DNA of 64,000 bases from Squalus acanthias (Eukaryota), in the NCBI GenBank assembly GCA_030390025.1, contig JASTWF010000070.1:1240001-1304000 (forward strand), given 5' to 3'. The notes under the pieces are model-generated. The model worked only from the letters and a program-made list of their open reading frames with translations. It had not been told where the DNA came from and made no database searches. Below are positions 1 through 12,830 of the stretch, piece by piece; within the stretch, counting starts at the first letter, position 1; each line of letters opens with the position of its first letter. The position numbers and the translations under genes were made by a program.

Positions 1-234
1 ATCTACACACAGCGAAAGTTTACACACAAGATATTGGGGACATTTGTACAGAAAGTTCCATCTCACAATCATTTCGCTCTCTTCTGATATTATTAAACAT
101 TCAGATTGTTTGCCAACAACTAAAATTGCTACTGCGATTACATTGCAAGAAAGGTTGATTGCACACATCGAATGATCTGTTGCATTACATTAAACACTAG
201 CAAAAATCAAACTTCACTGTCAACTTGCACCGCC

Positions 235-563
235 TCAATCGGAACACGAGGAGGCGCTGATGGTCTTGAGAAGAGGCGTGCTCAGGGATCCGTGGCTGAC
301 GCTGCAGGAATAGCTGGAACCCTTGTTCCAGGCGGCGGCGGGGACTCTCAGGTAACTGCTCAGGCTGTAGGTTAGATCGCTGTCCGGGGACACGGCGCCT
401 GTCGTCACCCCGCTGTCTGTCTCTTGGCCATCCACACTCCAGCGGAGCCGCACAAAGCCCGGCTTAAAGCGACTCAACAGGCAGGACAGAGTGGCCGATC
501 CCGAGCCGATTTCTTCCGAGGATGGAGGGAGGAGAAGAACCGAGGGGCTTCGATCCTCGCTGC
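235..563 (-). CDS. Ig light chain type I (NS5/sigma-cart) constant exon, cluster 1
   Basis: Acceptor cacacag|GC at 563; 329 nt; (S)SEDRSPSVLLLPPSSEE..TLSC..W..YSLSSYL..YSCSVSH..SCSD*. C1-set Ig domain with penultimate Cys; resembles shark type I CL. Confidence 0.95.
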
Positions 564-751
564 CTGTGTGTGGGGTGAGAGAAAATTCATTAGTTTATGG
601 AATCCGTCAGCAGTGGGACGCTCTGATCTGAAATCAAAAACGCCAATGAACCCACCGAACAACATTCACTTTAAAATAAATTACTGATTAATACAGGAGT
701 TCCAATAAATTCTGAAATCTCTAATTCCTCTGCTCCTCTGCCAATTCTTGT

Positions 752-835
752 CCCTACATTACAACAGTGACTTGGTTCAAAAGTATTACATTGGCTGTAA
801 AGCGCTTTGGGACGTCGTGAAGTCGTGAAAGGAGC
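752..835 (+). mobile_element. 3' tail of Deu-domain (SacSINE1-like) SINE in J-C intron; paralogs at ~12638, ~27066, ~46960, ~61400
   Basis: cctacattacaacagtgact..ttggctgtaaagcgctttgggacgtc; followed by (CTTT)n in the paralogs. Confidence 0.6.
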
Positions 836-974
836 NNNNNNNNNNNNNNNNNNNNNNNNNNNNNNNNNNNNNNNNNNNNNNNNNNNNNNNNNNNNNNNNN
901 NNNNNNNNNNNNNNNNNNNNNNNNNNNNNNNNNNNNNNNNNNNNNNNNNNNNNNNNNNNNNNNNNNNNNNNNNN
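836..974. other. assembly gap (139 N)
   Basis: run of N. Confidence 1.
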
Positions 975-1145
975 CAACAGAAAATGCTGGCAATACAGAC
1001 CGGGTCAGTCAGCATGTGAGAGGCGGAAAAATCAGTAAGTGACCAGTTCAGGTGCAGGTTGCAACCCCGGAACCGCACTAACCTGTCTGTTCCCGTTACA
1101 GACTCTGACCGAACGGCCGTGTATTCCCAGCATTGTCTGTTTTTA
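975..1145. repeat. short inverted-repeat element (AGAAAATGCTGG...CCAGCATTTTCT), one per J-C intron (also ~12871-13037, ~27190-27358, ~46763-46930, ~61150-61312)
   Basis: imperfect terminal inverted repeats of ~18 bp; resembles a common shark palindromic repeat. Confidence 0.6.
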
Positions 1146-2107
1146 TTTGATTTTCTATAATTGCAGTTTATTTCCCTTTTTACTTGAATATAATAAAGCG
1201 TTTGATTGTCTTAAAATGCGGTCAGTGTTAATTTTAATGTGGTGAATTCACGGAGCTGTGACCCGCTTTTCAGCGAGAGTCCACATATGTTCTGAAATCT
1301 CAAACTGATGCAGCCGCCACAGGCACGATGCGCTAAGTGACCTGCTTCTGTGCTGCATCATTCTATAGGATTGAATCTGCTTCCACCGCCCTTTCAGGCG
1401 GCGCGTTCCAGATCACAACAACTCGCTGCGTGAAAAAATCACCTCCCGTAGCCTCTGATTCTTTTGCCAATTATCTGAAATCTGTGTCCTCTGGTTACCG
1501 ACCCTCCAGCCACTGGAAACAGTTTCTAAATATTTACTCTATCAACACAATTCAGGATTTTGAACACCTCTATTAAATTTCCCCTTAACCTTCTCTGCTT
1601 TAAGGAGAACAATCCCAGCTTTTCTAGACTCGCCACATAACTGAAGTCCCTAATCCCTGGTACCATTCCAGTAAATCTCCTCTGCACCGTCTTCAAGGAC
1701 TTGACACCCTCCTAAAGTGTTTTATCAAAACCTATTTATATTTTACATTAATTCATAACTTCAAAGTATTTATCCAACTCCCTTTTGAAAGTTACTATTG
1801 AATCTGCTCCCATCGCCCTTTCAGGCAGCGCATTCCAGATCACATCAACTCGCTGCGTAAAAAGAACACTTCTCCTCATCTCCCCTATTGAATGGGAGCA
1901 GGAAATGGTGTCAAACTTCATTTCAGCGCAGTATTATTTCCCGAGGCGCTTCAACAATTCCAATTCTAATCAGTTTCAAAAAATTTGGGTACAAATAGAT
2001 ACAACAACAAAATTCACTGAATGGAGATTTCTCTGGCGCCCGGGAATGAAAGCGACTGCAAATTAATAATTGAACCAATGTGAATTATAAAATAAGAGAT
2101 CACTTAC

Positions 2108-2461
2108 TCTTTACACTCAGGGCGGTCCCCGGTCCGAAGCTGTATTCCGAGTCCCACACAGCACAGTAATAGACGGCGGAGTCACCGGGCACCAGGGTTC
2201 CGATGGTCAGAATGTAAATATTACCGGAGGCGTCTCTGGAAGGTTGAAAACGGTTTGTGAAGCCGGTGCCTCGGAAGATATCATTATCTGTTTCATATCT
2301 TAACACCCACACCGGAGCTTCACCGGGTCGCTGTCGGTACCATTGCACATCCTTGCTGCCCACAGCCCCGTTCTGCATCGCACACTGTAACCGGGCGGTC
2401 TGACCCGCGGAGACAGGATCGGATATTGGGGACTGATTGAGGACGGGAGCCGCCAAGACAC
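2108..2461 (-). CDS. germline-joined VJ exon, Ig light chain type I, cluster 1 (CDR3 CAVWDSEYSF)
   Basis: AG acceptor at 2462-2463; open 354-nt exon with Cys23, Trp41, DSAVYYC running directly into FGPGTALSVK; GTAAGT donor; no RSS. Confidence 0.96.
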
Positions 2462-2612
2462 CTTAATTAAAAGAAAAAATCAACCCATTCAGAGACTTGG
2501 AGCAAATAGGACGTTAATGCGTCAATAAACACGGAGAGAAAACCGCCCGATTCTCGGTATTGAACCGATTTAGTTGCGGATAAACCGGTGATTAAAACCA
2601 TCCGTCTCTCAC

Positions 2613-2661
2613 CTGTTAAATGCATCAGCAGAGCCCACAGGAGATGCATCGCTGGAGCCAT
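2613..2661 (-). CDS. leader exon, cluster 1 (MAPAMHLLWALLMHLTG)
   Basis: 49-nt hydrophobic signal exon ending G|GTGAG, phase 1. Confidence 0.92.
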
Positions 2662-2778
2662 TTCCTCCGGAGAAGCGCCAACAGTCACCGCTGAAATTTC
2701 CGACTGAACCGTGCGCTGTTCCTGTAAACTCCGGGACCCGGTCCGGTTACAGTGTCTGCAAACCCGAGACTCCGGGTC

Positions 2779-2801
2779 TATTTATTACCCAGTATGCAAA
2801 T
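2779..2801 (-). promoter_or_regulatory. Ig V promoter: octamer ATTTGCAT + TAATAAATA box, cluster 1
   Basis: ATGCAAAT on + at 2794-2801 (light-chain orientation relative to the gene); TATA-like at 2779-2787. Confidence 0.9.
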
Positions 2802-2969
2802 GGCTGGGAGGGGCCAGGAAAAGGAAGGAGGCAGATTTTTAATTCGGGTAATTTTTAAATCTATTTGTGGCTAATTAAATTATTAAACTCTTAAACCTTT
2901 AATGAATATTTGGTCTGTGTTCTACCCCAGAAAAATGAGGGGCGGATTGTAGAGATACGGATCAGCTGA

Positions 2970-3740
2970 ACTCCTGCATCCTCTATAACATTGCATTTAA
3001 AGCCATGTGCGCTGCCATTACCCCTTTTCTTTCTCTTTCATTGTGCCAAAGCTCGATTGTACATTTTTCTTACTGGAAGGCTGAGTAAAGGCTAATAGGC
3101 TCATCTCCTGTTGGCGGGCTTCTCAATGAGGTGAGCAGCTTTTGATGCAGAGGTTATGATGGAGCTGTACAAAAGTCGAGTTAGGCCACAGCTGGAATAC
3201 TGTGTGCATTTCTGGTCGCCACACTTTCGGAAGGATGTGATTGCATTGGAGAGGGTGCAGAGGAGATTCAGCAGGATGTTACCTGGGCTGGAGCGTTAGC
3301 AGAGAGACTGGACAAGGTGGGGTTGTTTTCCTTGGAGCAGAGAAGGCTGAGGGGGACCTGATTGAGGTGTACAAAATTCTGAGGGGCATAGATAGGGTAG
3401 ATAGAAAGGAACTTTTCCCCTTAGTAGAGGGGTCAATAACGAGGGGGCATAGTTTCAAGGTAAGGGGCAGGAGGTTTACAGGGGATTTGAGGAAAAACTT
3501 TTTCACCCAGAGGGTGGTTGCAATCTGGAACTCACTGCCTGAAAGGGTGGTAGAGGCAGGAACCCTCACAACATGCAAGAAGCATTTAGATGAGCAATTG
3601 AAACGCCATAGCATACAAGGCTACGGACCAAGTACTGGAAAATGGGATTAGAAGAGACAGGGCTTGATGGCCGGCGCGGACACGACGGGCCGAAGGGCCA
3701 CTTTCTGTGCTGTATAACTCTATGACTCTGTGACTCTATG
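2970..3740 (+). mobile_element. cluster-1-specific insertion ending in a CR1 LINE 3' fragment
   Basis: Splits atcagctga|tgcacttcgg, which is contiguous in the other clusters; CR1 C-terminal motifs (GDLIEVYKI, FFTQRVV); (TATGACTC)n tail. Confidence 0.85.
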
Positions 3741-4756
3741 ATGCACTTCGGCCGGAATCGTTCTGATAACGTGCTGTTACTCTCTGATATACTGCATCAG
3801 ATTTTAAAATAATCTTTTCCCCCTAAAATACATATTTCATAATAGACTGACGTCCCTTTCTCTAAATCAGCAGCAAGACAACCCTGGATTTGTGAATCCC
3901 TTTAAAATTGGGGATTCAATTGACAAATATGATTTGGGATTCAGTCGGTAAATAAAATTCTGATGAGAATATTCCTGAGGCGGAGTAAAGAGCGAATTCG
4001 ATGAATGAGAAAGAGGGGAAGAAAGCGGCATTTTACATCCTGCACAGGATTAAAGAGAAGTTGTTCTTTTATAGTCTGAGTCACACCCTTTAAAACTCAG
4101 GAGGACAAATAAAATTCGGCACAATATTAATAAAATGACCCCTTGCCTTTAATTTGCTGCGGGTCCGATTAATGCGCGCAGTTCCCGTTTTAAACCCTGT
4201 TCCAGCTGAATTATTAAGCGGCGGGGTCAGTTGTTTCTGGGGCTCTGTGATGTTGAACATTTCCCCTGTTTGGAGTCAATCCCTAACTCCCCACACTGAG
4301 TCCTGGTTCATGTTTTTAAAAGTCAGATTGAAACTGGTTGGTGTCAGTTACTTGAGGGCGAAAGAAACATGCATTAAATTGTTAATAATTGGGTTGTCTC
4401 GAGGTATTAGCGTCAAATGAATAATATTATTGTTAAATAAATATCTGAACTGTGCATCTGTGAAGTTAGATATTCCCCTGTTTCTTAGAAAATCACACAG
4501 AGCGGCCGGAGGGATTCTCGCCCCCTGGAGCAGCCGGCACTGAATTCGGGCAGGGATTGGTTCTCACCTGGACAAGGGGCTTTTCGGTGAAGCCCAGGTG
4601 CTTGGTTCTGTTTCTCCGCTTGAACTGATCACTGATTCCTCTGGTCTGTTAGAATTATTAAAGGGGCTTTGGTGCTGTGACTGGAGCTGCTCGCTCAACG
4701 TTGCACAGATCCCCAGAGCTTTGTCACTGCTGACACTGACACGGCCGACTGGAGAA

Positions 4757-4810
4757 CCAATCATTGCAGAGCACTGGCCACACCGCGCACTGCACCTCGG
4801 GAACTGGAGT
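4757..4810 (-). promoter_or_regulatory. degenerate ZNF143/Staf-like motif + CCAAT, upstream of cluster 1
   Basis: ACTCCAGTTCCCGAGGTGCAGTGCG on minus, with a CCAAT box; paralog of better matches in clusters 3-5. Confidence 0.4.
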
Positions 4811-4849
4811 TTCACACTGGACAATCGCCAAGATCAGCGTGTCTATTGA

Positions 4850-5250
4850 CACCACTGTGTCAGCTCTACCTCTCCACGGCCTCCCTCAACCCCTCCACTC
4901 TCTCTAAATTGTCACACTGCTTGTCCGACATCCAGCACTGGATCAGCAGAAATTTCCTCCAACTAAATATTGGGAAGACCGAAGACATTGTCTTCGGTCC
5001 CGGTCGCAAATTCCGTTCCCTCGTCACTGACAGGCTCCCGCTCCCTGCCAACTTTCTGAGGCTGAACCAGAGTGTTCACTGCCTTGGTGTCATATTTGAC
5101 CTCGACGTGAGTTTCGGACCAGATATGGGTGACATCACTAATACCGACTACATCTCTCTCCTTGACAGCTGTCTGAGTCTGAAGCAGACTGTTTGCCACC
5201 TTGGTGTGATATGTGACCCCGAGATGAGATTCTGACCACATATCCATGGC
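4850..5250 (+). mobile_element. L2-clade LINE RT fragment
   Basis: FLQLNIGKTE..LGVIFD motifs, degenerate. Confidence 0.7.
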
Positions 5251-5262
5251 ATAACTCGTTTT

Positions 5263-8200
5263 AGATTCATAGAGTTATACAGCACAGAAAGAGGCCCTTC
5301 GGCCCATCGTGACCGCGCCGGCCATCAAGCCCTGTCTATTCTAATCCCATTTTCCAGCACTTGGTCAGTAGCCTTGTATGCTATGGCGTTTCAAGTGCTC
5401 ATCTAAATGATTCTCGAATGTTCTGAGGGTTCCTGCCTCTACCACCCTTTCAGGCAGTGAGTTCCAGATTCCAAACACCCTCTGGGTGATAACGTTTTTC
5501 CTCAAATCCCCTCTAAACCTCCTGCCCCTTACTTTGAAATTATGCCCCCTGGTTATTGACCCCTCTGCAAAGAGGAAAAGTTCCTTTCTATCTACACTAT
5601 CTATGCCCCTCCTAATTTTTTACATCTCAATCAGGTCCCCCCTCAGCCTTCTCTGCACTAAGGAAAACAACCCCAGCCTGTCCAGTCTCTCTTCATAGCT
5701 GAAGCGCTCCGGCCCAGGTAACATCCTGGTGAATCTCCTCTGCACCCTCTCCAATGCAATCACATCCCTCCTATAATGTGGCGACCAGAACTGCACACAG
5801 TATTCCAGCTGTGGCCTAACTAGCGTTTTGTACAGTTCCATCATAACCTCCCTGCTCTTATATTCTATGCCTCGGTCAAAGAAGGCAAGTATCCCATATG
5901 CCTTTTTAACCACCTTATTTACCTGTCCTGCTGCCTTCAGGGATCTATGTACATGCACACCAAGGTCCCTCTGATCCTCTGTCCTTCCTAGGGTCATACC
6001 ATTACATGTGTATTCCCTTGCCTTGTTAGTCCTCCCAAAATGCATCACCTCACACTTTTCAGGGTTAAATTCAATTTGCCACTGTTCTGCCCATCTAATC
6101 AACCCGTCTATATCGTCCTGTAGCCTGAGGCTTCCCTCCTCGCTAATTACCACTCCACCAACTTTCATGTCATCTGCGAACTTACTGATTGACATGAATC
6201 TTGTCATTCATGTGGAAATGACTTATGAAATAATACTGGGCGGCCTGCTGGTGGCGCTGTCCAGGGAGAGTATAAATATTCGGGCACGAGCCCAGCTTGC
6301 GCGGGACATTCTTAACAGGAAAAAGCGAAGGACACTACAGGACCTCCATGTTGTAAAACAGTTGATTAAAGCTTTGTTTAACGCTTAGACCAAGTGCCTA
6401 GTAGTTTTCTTACGTCACTGATCATACCTCCTACATTCATATCTAAATCATTAATGTACACTACAAACAGCAAAGGACCCAGCACGGACACAGGCTTCCA
6501 GTCACAAAAGCAACCTTCGACCATCACCCTCTGCCTCCTGCCACTAAGCCAATTTTGGATCCAATGTGCCAAATTGCCCTGGATCTCATGGACTCGTACC
6601 TTCTCAAACAGTCTCCCATGCAGGACTTTGTCAAAAGTCTTGCTGAAGTCCATGTAGACTATATCAACTGCACTACCCTCATCCACACACCTAGTCACCC
6701 CCTCGAAAAATTCAATCAAATCGGTTAGACATGATCTCCCCCTGACAAAACCATGCTGACTATCCTTGATTAATCCTTGCCTCTCCAAGTGGAGACTAAT
6801 TCTGTCTCTCAGAATTTTTTCCAATAATTTCCCTACCACTGATGTTAGGCTCACTGGCCTGCAATTCCCTGGTTTATCCCTATTACCCTTCTTGAATAAT
6901 GATACTACGTTAGTTGTTCTCCAGTCCTCTGGCACCTCCTCTGTGGCCAGCGAGGTACTGAAAATTTGTGTCAGAGCCCCTGCAATCTCCTCCCTTGCCT
7001 TACACAGCAGCCTGGGATACATCTCGTCAGGGCCTGGGGATTTATCCACTTTTAAGCCCGCTAAAACCGCTAGTACCTCCTCCCTCTCAATGCTAATTTG
7101 TTCAAGTATATCACAATCCCCCTGCCTGATTTATATGCCTACATCGTCCTTCTCCATAGTGAACACAGATGCAAAATATTCATTTAAAACCTCACCGACA
7201 TCTTCCGGCTCTACATTGCCACTTTGGTCCCTAATGGGTCCTACTCTTTCCCTGGTTATCCTCTTGCCCTTAATATACTTATAAAACACCTTGGGATTTT
7301 CCTTTATTTTGACCACCAGTGTTTATTCATGACCTCTCTTCGCTCTCCTTATTTATTTTTTAAGTAACCCCCTGCACTTTCTGTACTTCCACAGTTTTGA
7401 GTCCTTTGTATCTGCCAAAAGCCTCCCTTTTTACCTCATCCATTATTGTATATCCCTTGAAATCCAGGGTTCCCTGGGTTTGTTGGTCCCACACTTGACC
7501 TTTACGGGAACTTGTTGGCGTTGTACTCTCTCTATTTCCTTTCTGAAAGACTCCCACTGCTCTGATGTGGATTTTCCTACAAGTCGCAGATCCCAGTCAA
7601 CTTTGGCCAGATGTTGCCTTAACATATTAACATCGGCCTTCCCACAATTTAGAAACTTTATTTCCGGTCCATATTTGTCCATTTCCATGACTACCTTAAA
7701 TCTCACCGAATTATTGTCACTGTCACCAAAATGCTCTCCTACTGATACTTCTACCACTTGCCCGGCTACATTCCCTAGAATTAGGTCCAGTACCGCCCCC
7801 TCTCTTGTAGGACTTTCTACATGCTGGCTCAAAAAGCTCTCCTGGATGCACTTTAAGAATTCCGCACCCTCTAAGCCTTTCACATTCTGACTATCCCAGT
7901 TAAAATTGGGGAAGTTGAAATCCCCTACTATTAATATCCTATTATTTCTACACTTCTCTGAGATTTGCCTACATGTCTGTTCCTCTATCTCCCCCTGACG
8001 ATTTGAGGGCCTATAGTACACTCCCAGCTTGCCTCCTTTTAGTTTTTAAGTTCTACCCTTATACATCATTAGCGGAACCTGATAAGGTATCATCCCTCCT
8101 TACAGCAGCAATTGACTACTTGATTAATATTGCGACATCCCCATCTCTTTTACATGCCCCTCTGTCTTGCCTGAAGATTCTATACCCCGGAAAATTGAGC

Positions 8201-8865
8201 TACCAATCCTGCCCCTCCCTCAAACAAGTCTCTGTGATAGCAACAATATCATACACCCATATTTTCATCAACACCTTCAATTCATCTGCCTTACTCGCAA
8301 GACTCCTTGCATAAAAATAAATGCCTTCCAGCGTTGCCATACTCCCTTATGTCGTTACATATTTGCTCTGCCTTCCAGGCTGACTTGTTTTTTCCTCTAT
8401 ATTTGGCTGTGCATCACCCCCTACTATAGCTCCACTCCGTATCCCATCCCCTGCCAAGTTAGTTTAACGCCCCACCCGCCCCCCCCGCCCCCCAGCCCCC
8501 GTCAACAGTACTAGCAAACCTCCCCGCAAGGATGTTGGTCCCGTTCCGGTTCAGGTGCAACCCGTCCGACTTGTACAGGTCCCACCTTCCCCAGAAGCAG
8601 ACCCAGTGATCCAGGAAACTAAAGCCCTCCCTCCTGCACCAACTCTTAAGCCACGCATTCATCTGCTCTATCCGCCTATTCCTATACCCACTAGCACGTG
8701 GCACCGGGAGTAATCTAGAGATTACAACCTTTGAGTTCCTGCTTTTTACTCTGCTACCTAGCTCCCTAAATTCTTGTTGCAGGACCCAACCCTCTTTCTA
8801 TCCATGTCGTTCGTACCAATGTGAACCACGACCTCTGACTGTTCGCCCTCCCCCTTCAGAATGCC
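5263..8865 (-). mobile_element. CR1 LINE, near full length, decayed (ORF1 SGNH part, endonuclease, RT), interrupted by a solo LTR
   Basis: ORFs 8459-8704 (DGLHLN), 7443-8021 (GDFN), 6378-7049 (KSPGPD, QHGF), 5620-6207 (FADD); 3' tail at ~5263. Confidence 0.92.
6190..6417 (+). mobile_element. solo LTR (228 bp)
   Basis: TG...CA ends (TGAC...GTCA), 5-bp TSD CTGAT at 6185-6189 and 6418-6422, TATAAATA at 6271, ATTAAA at 6365; cleanly splits the CR1 RT. Confidence 0.85.
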
Positions 8866-8869
8866 CCAC

Positions 8870-9800
8870 ACCAACAACGTAAAGCAACCCTACAATGCCC
8901 AAGCCATTCCTTTCCCACTCATCAGCATTGCGGGGGTGGGGGTATGATTATGTTTCACCATTCACTGCAACTCACTAAGCCACTTCCAAAATTGCACACC
9001 AATCTGTCGATAGCACGTTAGCAGAAATTTCAAATGAACATTGGCCAAAACAGAAAAGTGTTGTTAGTTGATATGATTGGACAAGGATTAGGGTGAGTGT
9101 GAGGGGTGGCTAGTGAGATGTGGAAGTGATAATGTAGATAGAGAGGGATGGGTGGAGGTGCAAGTTCAGCTGGTGTGAGTAAGCCTGTGCAGGAGTAGGA
9201 CAGGGAAGTCAGAGTGATGGGGATGTGATGAGTGACACAGCAGGATGAGGTTGAGTGCGGCTTTGCATTAACGTTTCGTGTTCTAATGAGATAATTGAAA
9301 GGTTTGCGCCACTGAAACCTGGTCCTCTTGACGATATCCCTGCTGGTGTCCTCATGTGCATTGTGCAACCAGGCTGCGTTGGTCTCCTGTGGAGGTCTGT
9401 TTGGAAGGGAAAAGAGCCTCCCTACGTGCTCTGGAGGGAGGAATGGGAGAGCCTGGGTGCAACCGTGAGCCTCTGTGAAGTGCTTGTCAATGTTTGCCGC
9501 ATTTCAATTCTGCAGAACAGGAACAGCACGAATGTCAAATTAAATTTGCGTATGGTCCCTTTAAGAAAACCGGCAAGTGACGCGGCAAGAAATGACATCA
9601 TCAGGCCCGCTTCCTTCAATTGGCCGGGAAACTCGATGCGCGGGCTCAACAAGTCCAATCAGAGGAAAGTCATGTCGGAGGCCGGGATGCAGCCAGCAGC
9701 GAGACCGCGAACCGCCAACGACATCGCCCGCCACGGACCCGCCCAGTTAGGGGAAATCACGGTCTAAGTGTCTCCACAGGGAGTCTTTGACACAGACCTA
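8870..9800 (-). mobile_element. degenerate PIF/Harbinger-like relic with Myb/SANT-like coding remnant (paralogs ~23270-24300, ~49850-50900)
   Basis: Broken frames APRLS..RARREALFP..SRDIVKRTRLQWLKTFNDL resemble Harbinger Myb/SANT proteins. Confidence 0.5.
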
Positions 9801-10559
9801 CGATACTGTGTGGGAATTGTTCATTGTTCCTCTTTTGCTGCCCCGGGTGTAGTTCATAACCTATCCTCCAGTTCCTCGTTCACAGCCCAGGCCAAAGACC
9901 CTGACCATACGTTCATTATCTCTGATTTTCCGACCTGGATGATGTCCCCTTTCAATACTGGATTGAGCAATGGAAACAGACTGAGTTTCAGCAATCTCTT
10001 TAGTAATCTACTCCCAGAATGATGCGTGGTGCTCTTTAATGAATGGCGAGCAATGGATTAATTTCACTTTTGAAGCTAGGGCGCCAAAGTAACACCTGTG
10101 GTATCAGCACCGATCTACAGAAGCTTAAGGTATGGAAATCAAACAGCCACGTGATGTGTGGCGTCAGAATAATCCTTATCCTTCACTGTAATACATACTG
10201 GTGGATTCAAGAGATAGAGAGATTAATAGTCTTTATTTATCAATACACTTATAGAAACATAGCATCTCCAGTGCTATGAGAATGATTTCAATTGTACTCA
10301 CAAACGCAGCTATTTAATTATGCAAGGTATGCACGGTGCTCGTACGTAAATACGTTCATAGTACGTGTGATTATTACGTCCTCACGCAGGATTAATAGGT
10401 AAACTCGCCTCCCCCACCAGCCTTGCACATGCTCATTGGCGACATTCTCTGTCCATTGTTCTCTGGACATTTCACATGTATGATTAACCATATTCAGAAT
10501 CCTCACTTGCTGATCTAGGAGCACAGGAACAGGAGTAGATCCACAGTGGATTACCTCAC

Positions 10560-11745
10560 ACTCCCCCACATTGAGCGACATCTGTCATGTTTCACTCCAC
10601 TCACAACCTGTACATATCCCCTTCCAAATTGTTGCTCCCATCTACACAAGTTACTGTGCCTACTAACTTAACACCACCTGCAAACAGGGATATACAACTC
10701 TCTATTCCTTCATCCAACTCATTAATAAATACGGTGGAAAGATTGAGGCCCCAGAACAGATCCCGGGAGAACACCACTTTTCACATTCCGCCAATCTGAG
10801 CACCTACTCTTTATCCCGCCTCTCTGTCTCCTACTTCCCATCTAAATTCCAACCCAAATCAAAAGTCTCCACCCATCCCATGTGGTCTCAACTTGGCCAA
10901 TAATCTTTAATGTGGAACCTTATTGAATGCCTTCTGGGATTCCATATAGATAACATCCATAGACACTCCTTTCTCTATCTGATTAGTGACCTCCTCAAGA
11001 AATGTAACTGGTTTAGTCAGATATGATTTACCTTTAAGAAAGCCAAGCTGGCCCCCTCTGACCAGGACATATTTGCTTAAATGTTCACTCACTCTATCCT
11101 TAATGACAGATTCTATTAACTTCCCCGCAACTGACGTCAAACTGACAGGCCGGTAGTGACCTGGCTTCTCTCTCCCACACTACTTAAATAATCCAGTATC
11201 TGGAGCACAGTGCACAGTTTCTGGGCACCGAATCTCAGAAAGGATATACTGGAGGGAGTTCAGCGCAAAATCACCAGAATGTTACCAGGGATCCAAGGGC
11301 TAAATTACGAGGAGAGATTAAACAAACTAGGCTTGTATTCTCTGGAATATGTAATGTTAAGGGGTGATTTGTTTGAGTTTCATTGGATTTTGTGAGGGAT
11401 TGATAGAGTTGACAAAGAGAAACTACTCCTCCGGTGGGGGGACGTCCAGAACAAGGAAGCATAAAATTAAAATTAAGAAATCCAATAGGGAGTTCAGGAG
11501 AAACCTTTTATACCCAGAAAGTGGTGAGAATGTTGAATTCATTACCATATGGAATAGTTGAATCGAATAGTGTAGAAGCATTAAAGGGGAAGCTAGATAA
11601 GTACATGAGGGAGAAAGGAATAGAAGGATATGTTAATCAATTGAGGTGAATAGGGGTGGGAGGAGGCTCGTGTGGCGCATAAACACCGGCATAGACTGAT
11701 TGGGCTGAATGTCCTGTTTGTGCTGTACATTCCATGTAATCTACT
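10560..11745. mobile_element. old CR1 fragments in opposite orientations downstream of C (paralogs ~25000-26170, ~47950-49130, ~62390-63590)
   Basis: degenerate TSVAGKLIES..KAFNKVPH (minus) and LGLYSLE..FYTQKVV (plus). Confidence 0.75.
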
Positions 11746-11806
11746 CAATGTCTCCTTAAGTGCTGAGTAAAGACGGACCACTTTAAGCTCGTGGCAGCAT
11801 TTCATG

Positions 11807-11812
11807 TTTATT
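11807..11812 (-). terminator. polyadenylation signal AATAAA, cluster 2 (paralogs 26236-26241 minus; 47882-47887 and 62323-62328 plus)
   Basis: AATAAA ~310 nt after the C stop codon in four clusters. Confidence 0.65.
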
Positions 11813-12122
11813 GAGAGTTGTGTTACACAAGTGCCCAATCACAATATGGTCACAGCCTAAAGGGAAATCTGTCCCCATTCTACACACAGCGAAAGTTTAC
11901 ACACAAGATATTGGGGACAGTTGTACAGAAAGTTCCATCTCACAAAGCTGGACAATCATTTCGTTCTCTTCTGATATTATTGAACATTCGGGTTGTTTAC
12001 CAAAAATTGAAATTGCTACAGTGATTACATTGCATAAAAAGGCGGATTGCACACATCGAATGATCTGTTTCATTACATTAAACACTAGCAAAAATCAAAC
12101 TCCACTGCCAACTTGCACCGCC

Positions 12123-12451
12123 TCAGTCTGAACACGTGGAGGCGCTGATGGTCTTGAGAAGAGGCGAGCTCAGGGAGCCGTGGCTGACGCTGCAGGAATA
12201 GCTGGAGCCCTTGTTCCAGGCGGCGGCGGGGACTCTCAGGTAACTGCTCAGACTGTAGGTTTGATCGCTGTCCGGGGACACGGCGCCTGTCGTCACCCCG
12301 CTGTCTGTCTCTTGGCCATCCACGCTCCAGCGGAGCCGCACCAAGCCCGGCTTAAAGCGACTGACCAGGCAGGACAGAGTGGCCGATCCCGAGCCGATTT
12401 CTTCCGAGGAGGGAGGGAGGAGAAGAACCGAGGGGCTTCGATCCTCGCTGC
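12123..12451 (-). CDS. Ig light chain type I constant exon, cluster 2 (intact exon of a frameshifted gene)
   Basis: 329-nt exon, AG acceptor, ends STCSD*. Confidence 0.93.
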
Positions 12452-12736
12452 CTGTGTGTGAGGGGAGAGAAAATTCATTAGTTTATGGAATCCGTCAGCA
12501 GTGGAACGCTCTGATCTGAAATCAAAGACACCAAAGAACCCCGAACAACATTCACTTGAAAATAAATTACTGATTAATACAGGAGTTCCAATAAATTCTT
12601 CCTTCTCTAATTCCTCTGCTCCTCTGCCAATTCTTTTCCCTACATTACAACAGTGACTTGGTTCAAAAGTATTTATTTGGCTGTAAAACGGTTTGGGACG
12701 TCCTGAGGTCGTGAGCGGCGCTGTAAAAATGCAAGT

Positions 12737-12788
12737 CTTTCTTCCTTTCTTTCTTGCTTGCTTTCTTTCTTTCTTTCTTTCTTTCTTG

Positions 12789-12830
<42 letters not shown>

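Noticed and set aside
1013-1054. CATGTG and CAGGTG E-boxes as an Ig enhancer
   Set aside because: They lie inside the palindromic repeat, 6-mers are common, and one is mutated in cluster 5.
2108-2461. Somatically rearranged or retroposed VJ
   Set aside because: Five paralogous copies with introns and promoters and equal junction length indicate germline joining.
2467-2688. Longer N-terminal ORFs through the leader intron
   Set aside because: These are read-through of the leader into its intron; splice sites define the true exons.
4564-4849. Repeated ~85-aa ORFs upstream of each V
   Set aside because: Indels and frameshifts differ between copies; no protein-like conservation.
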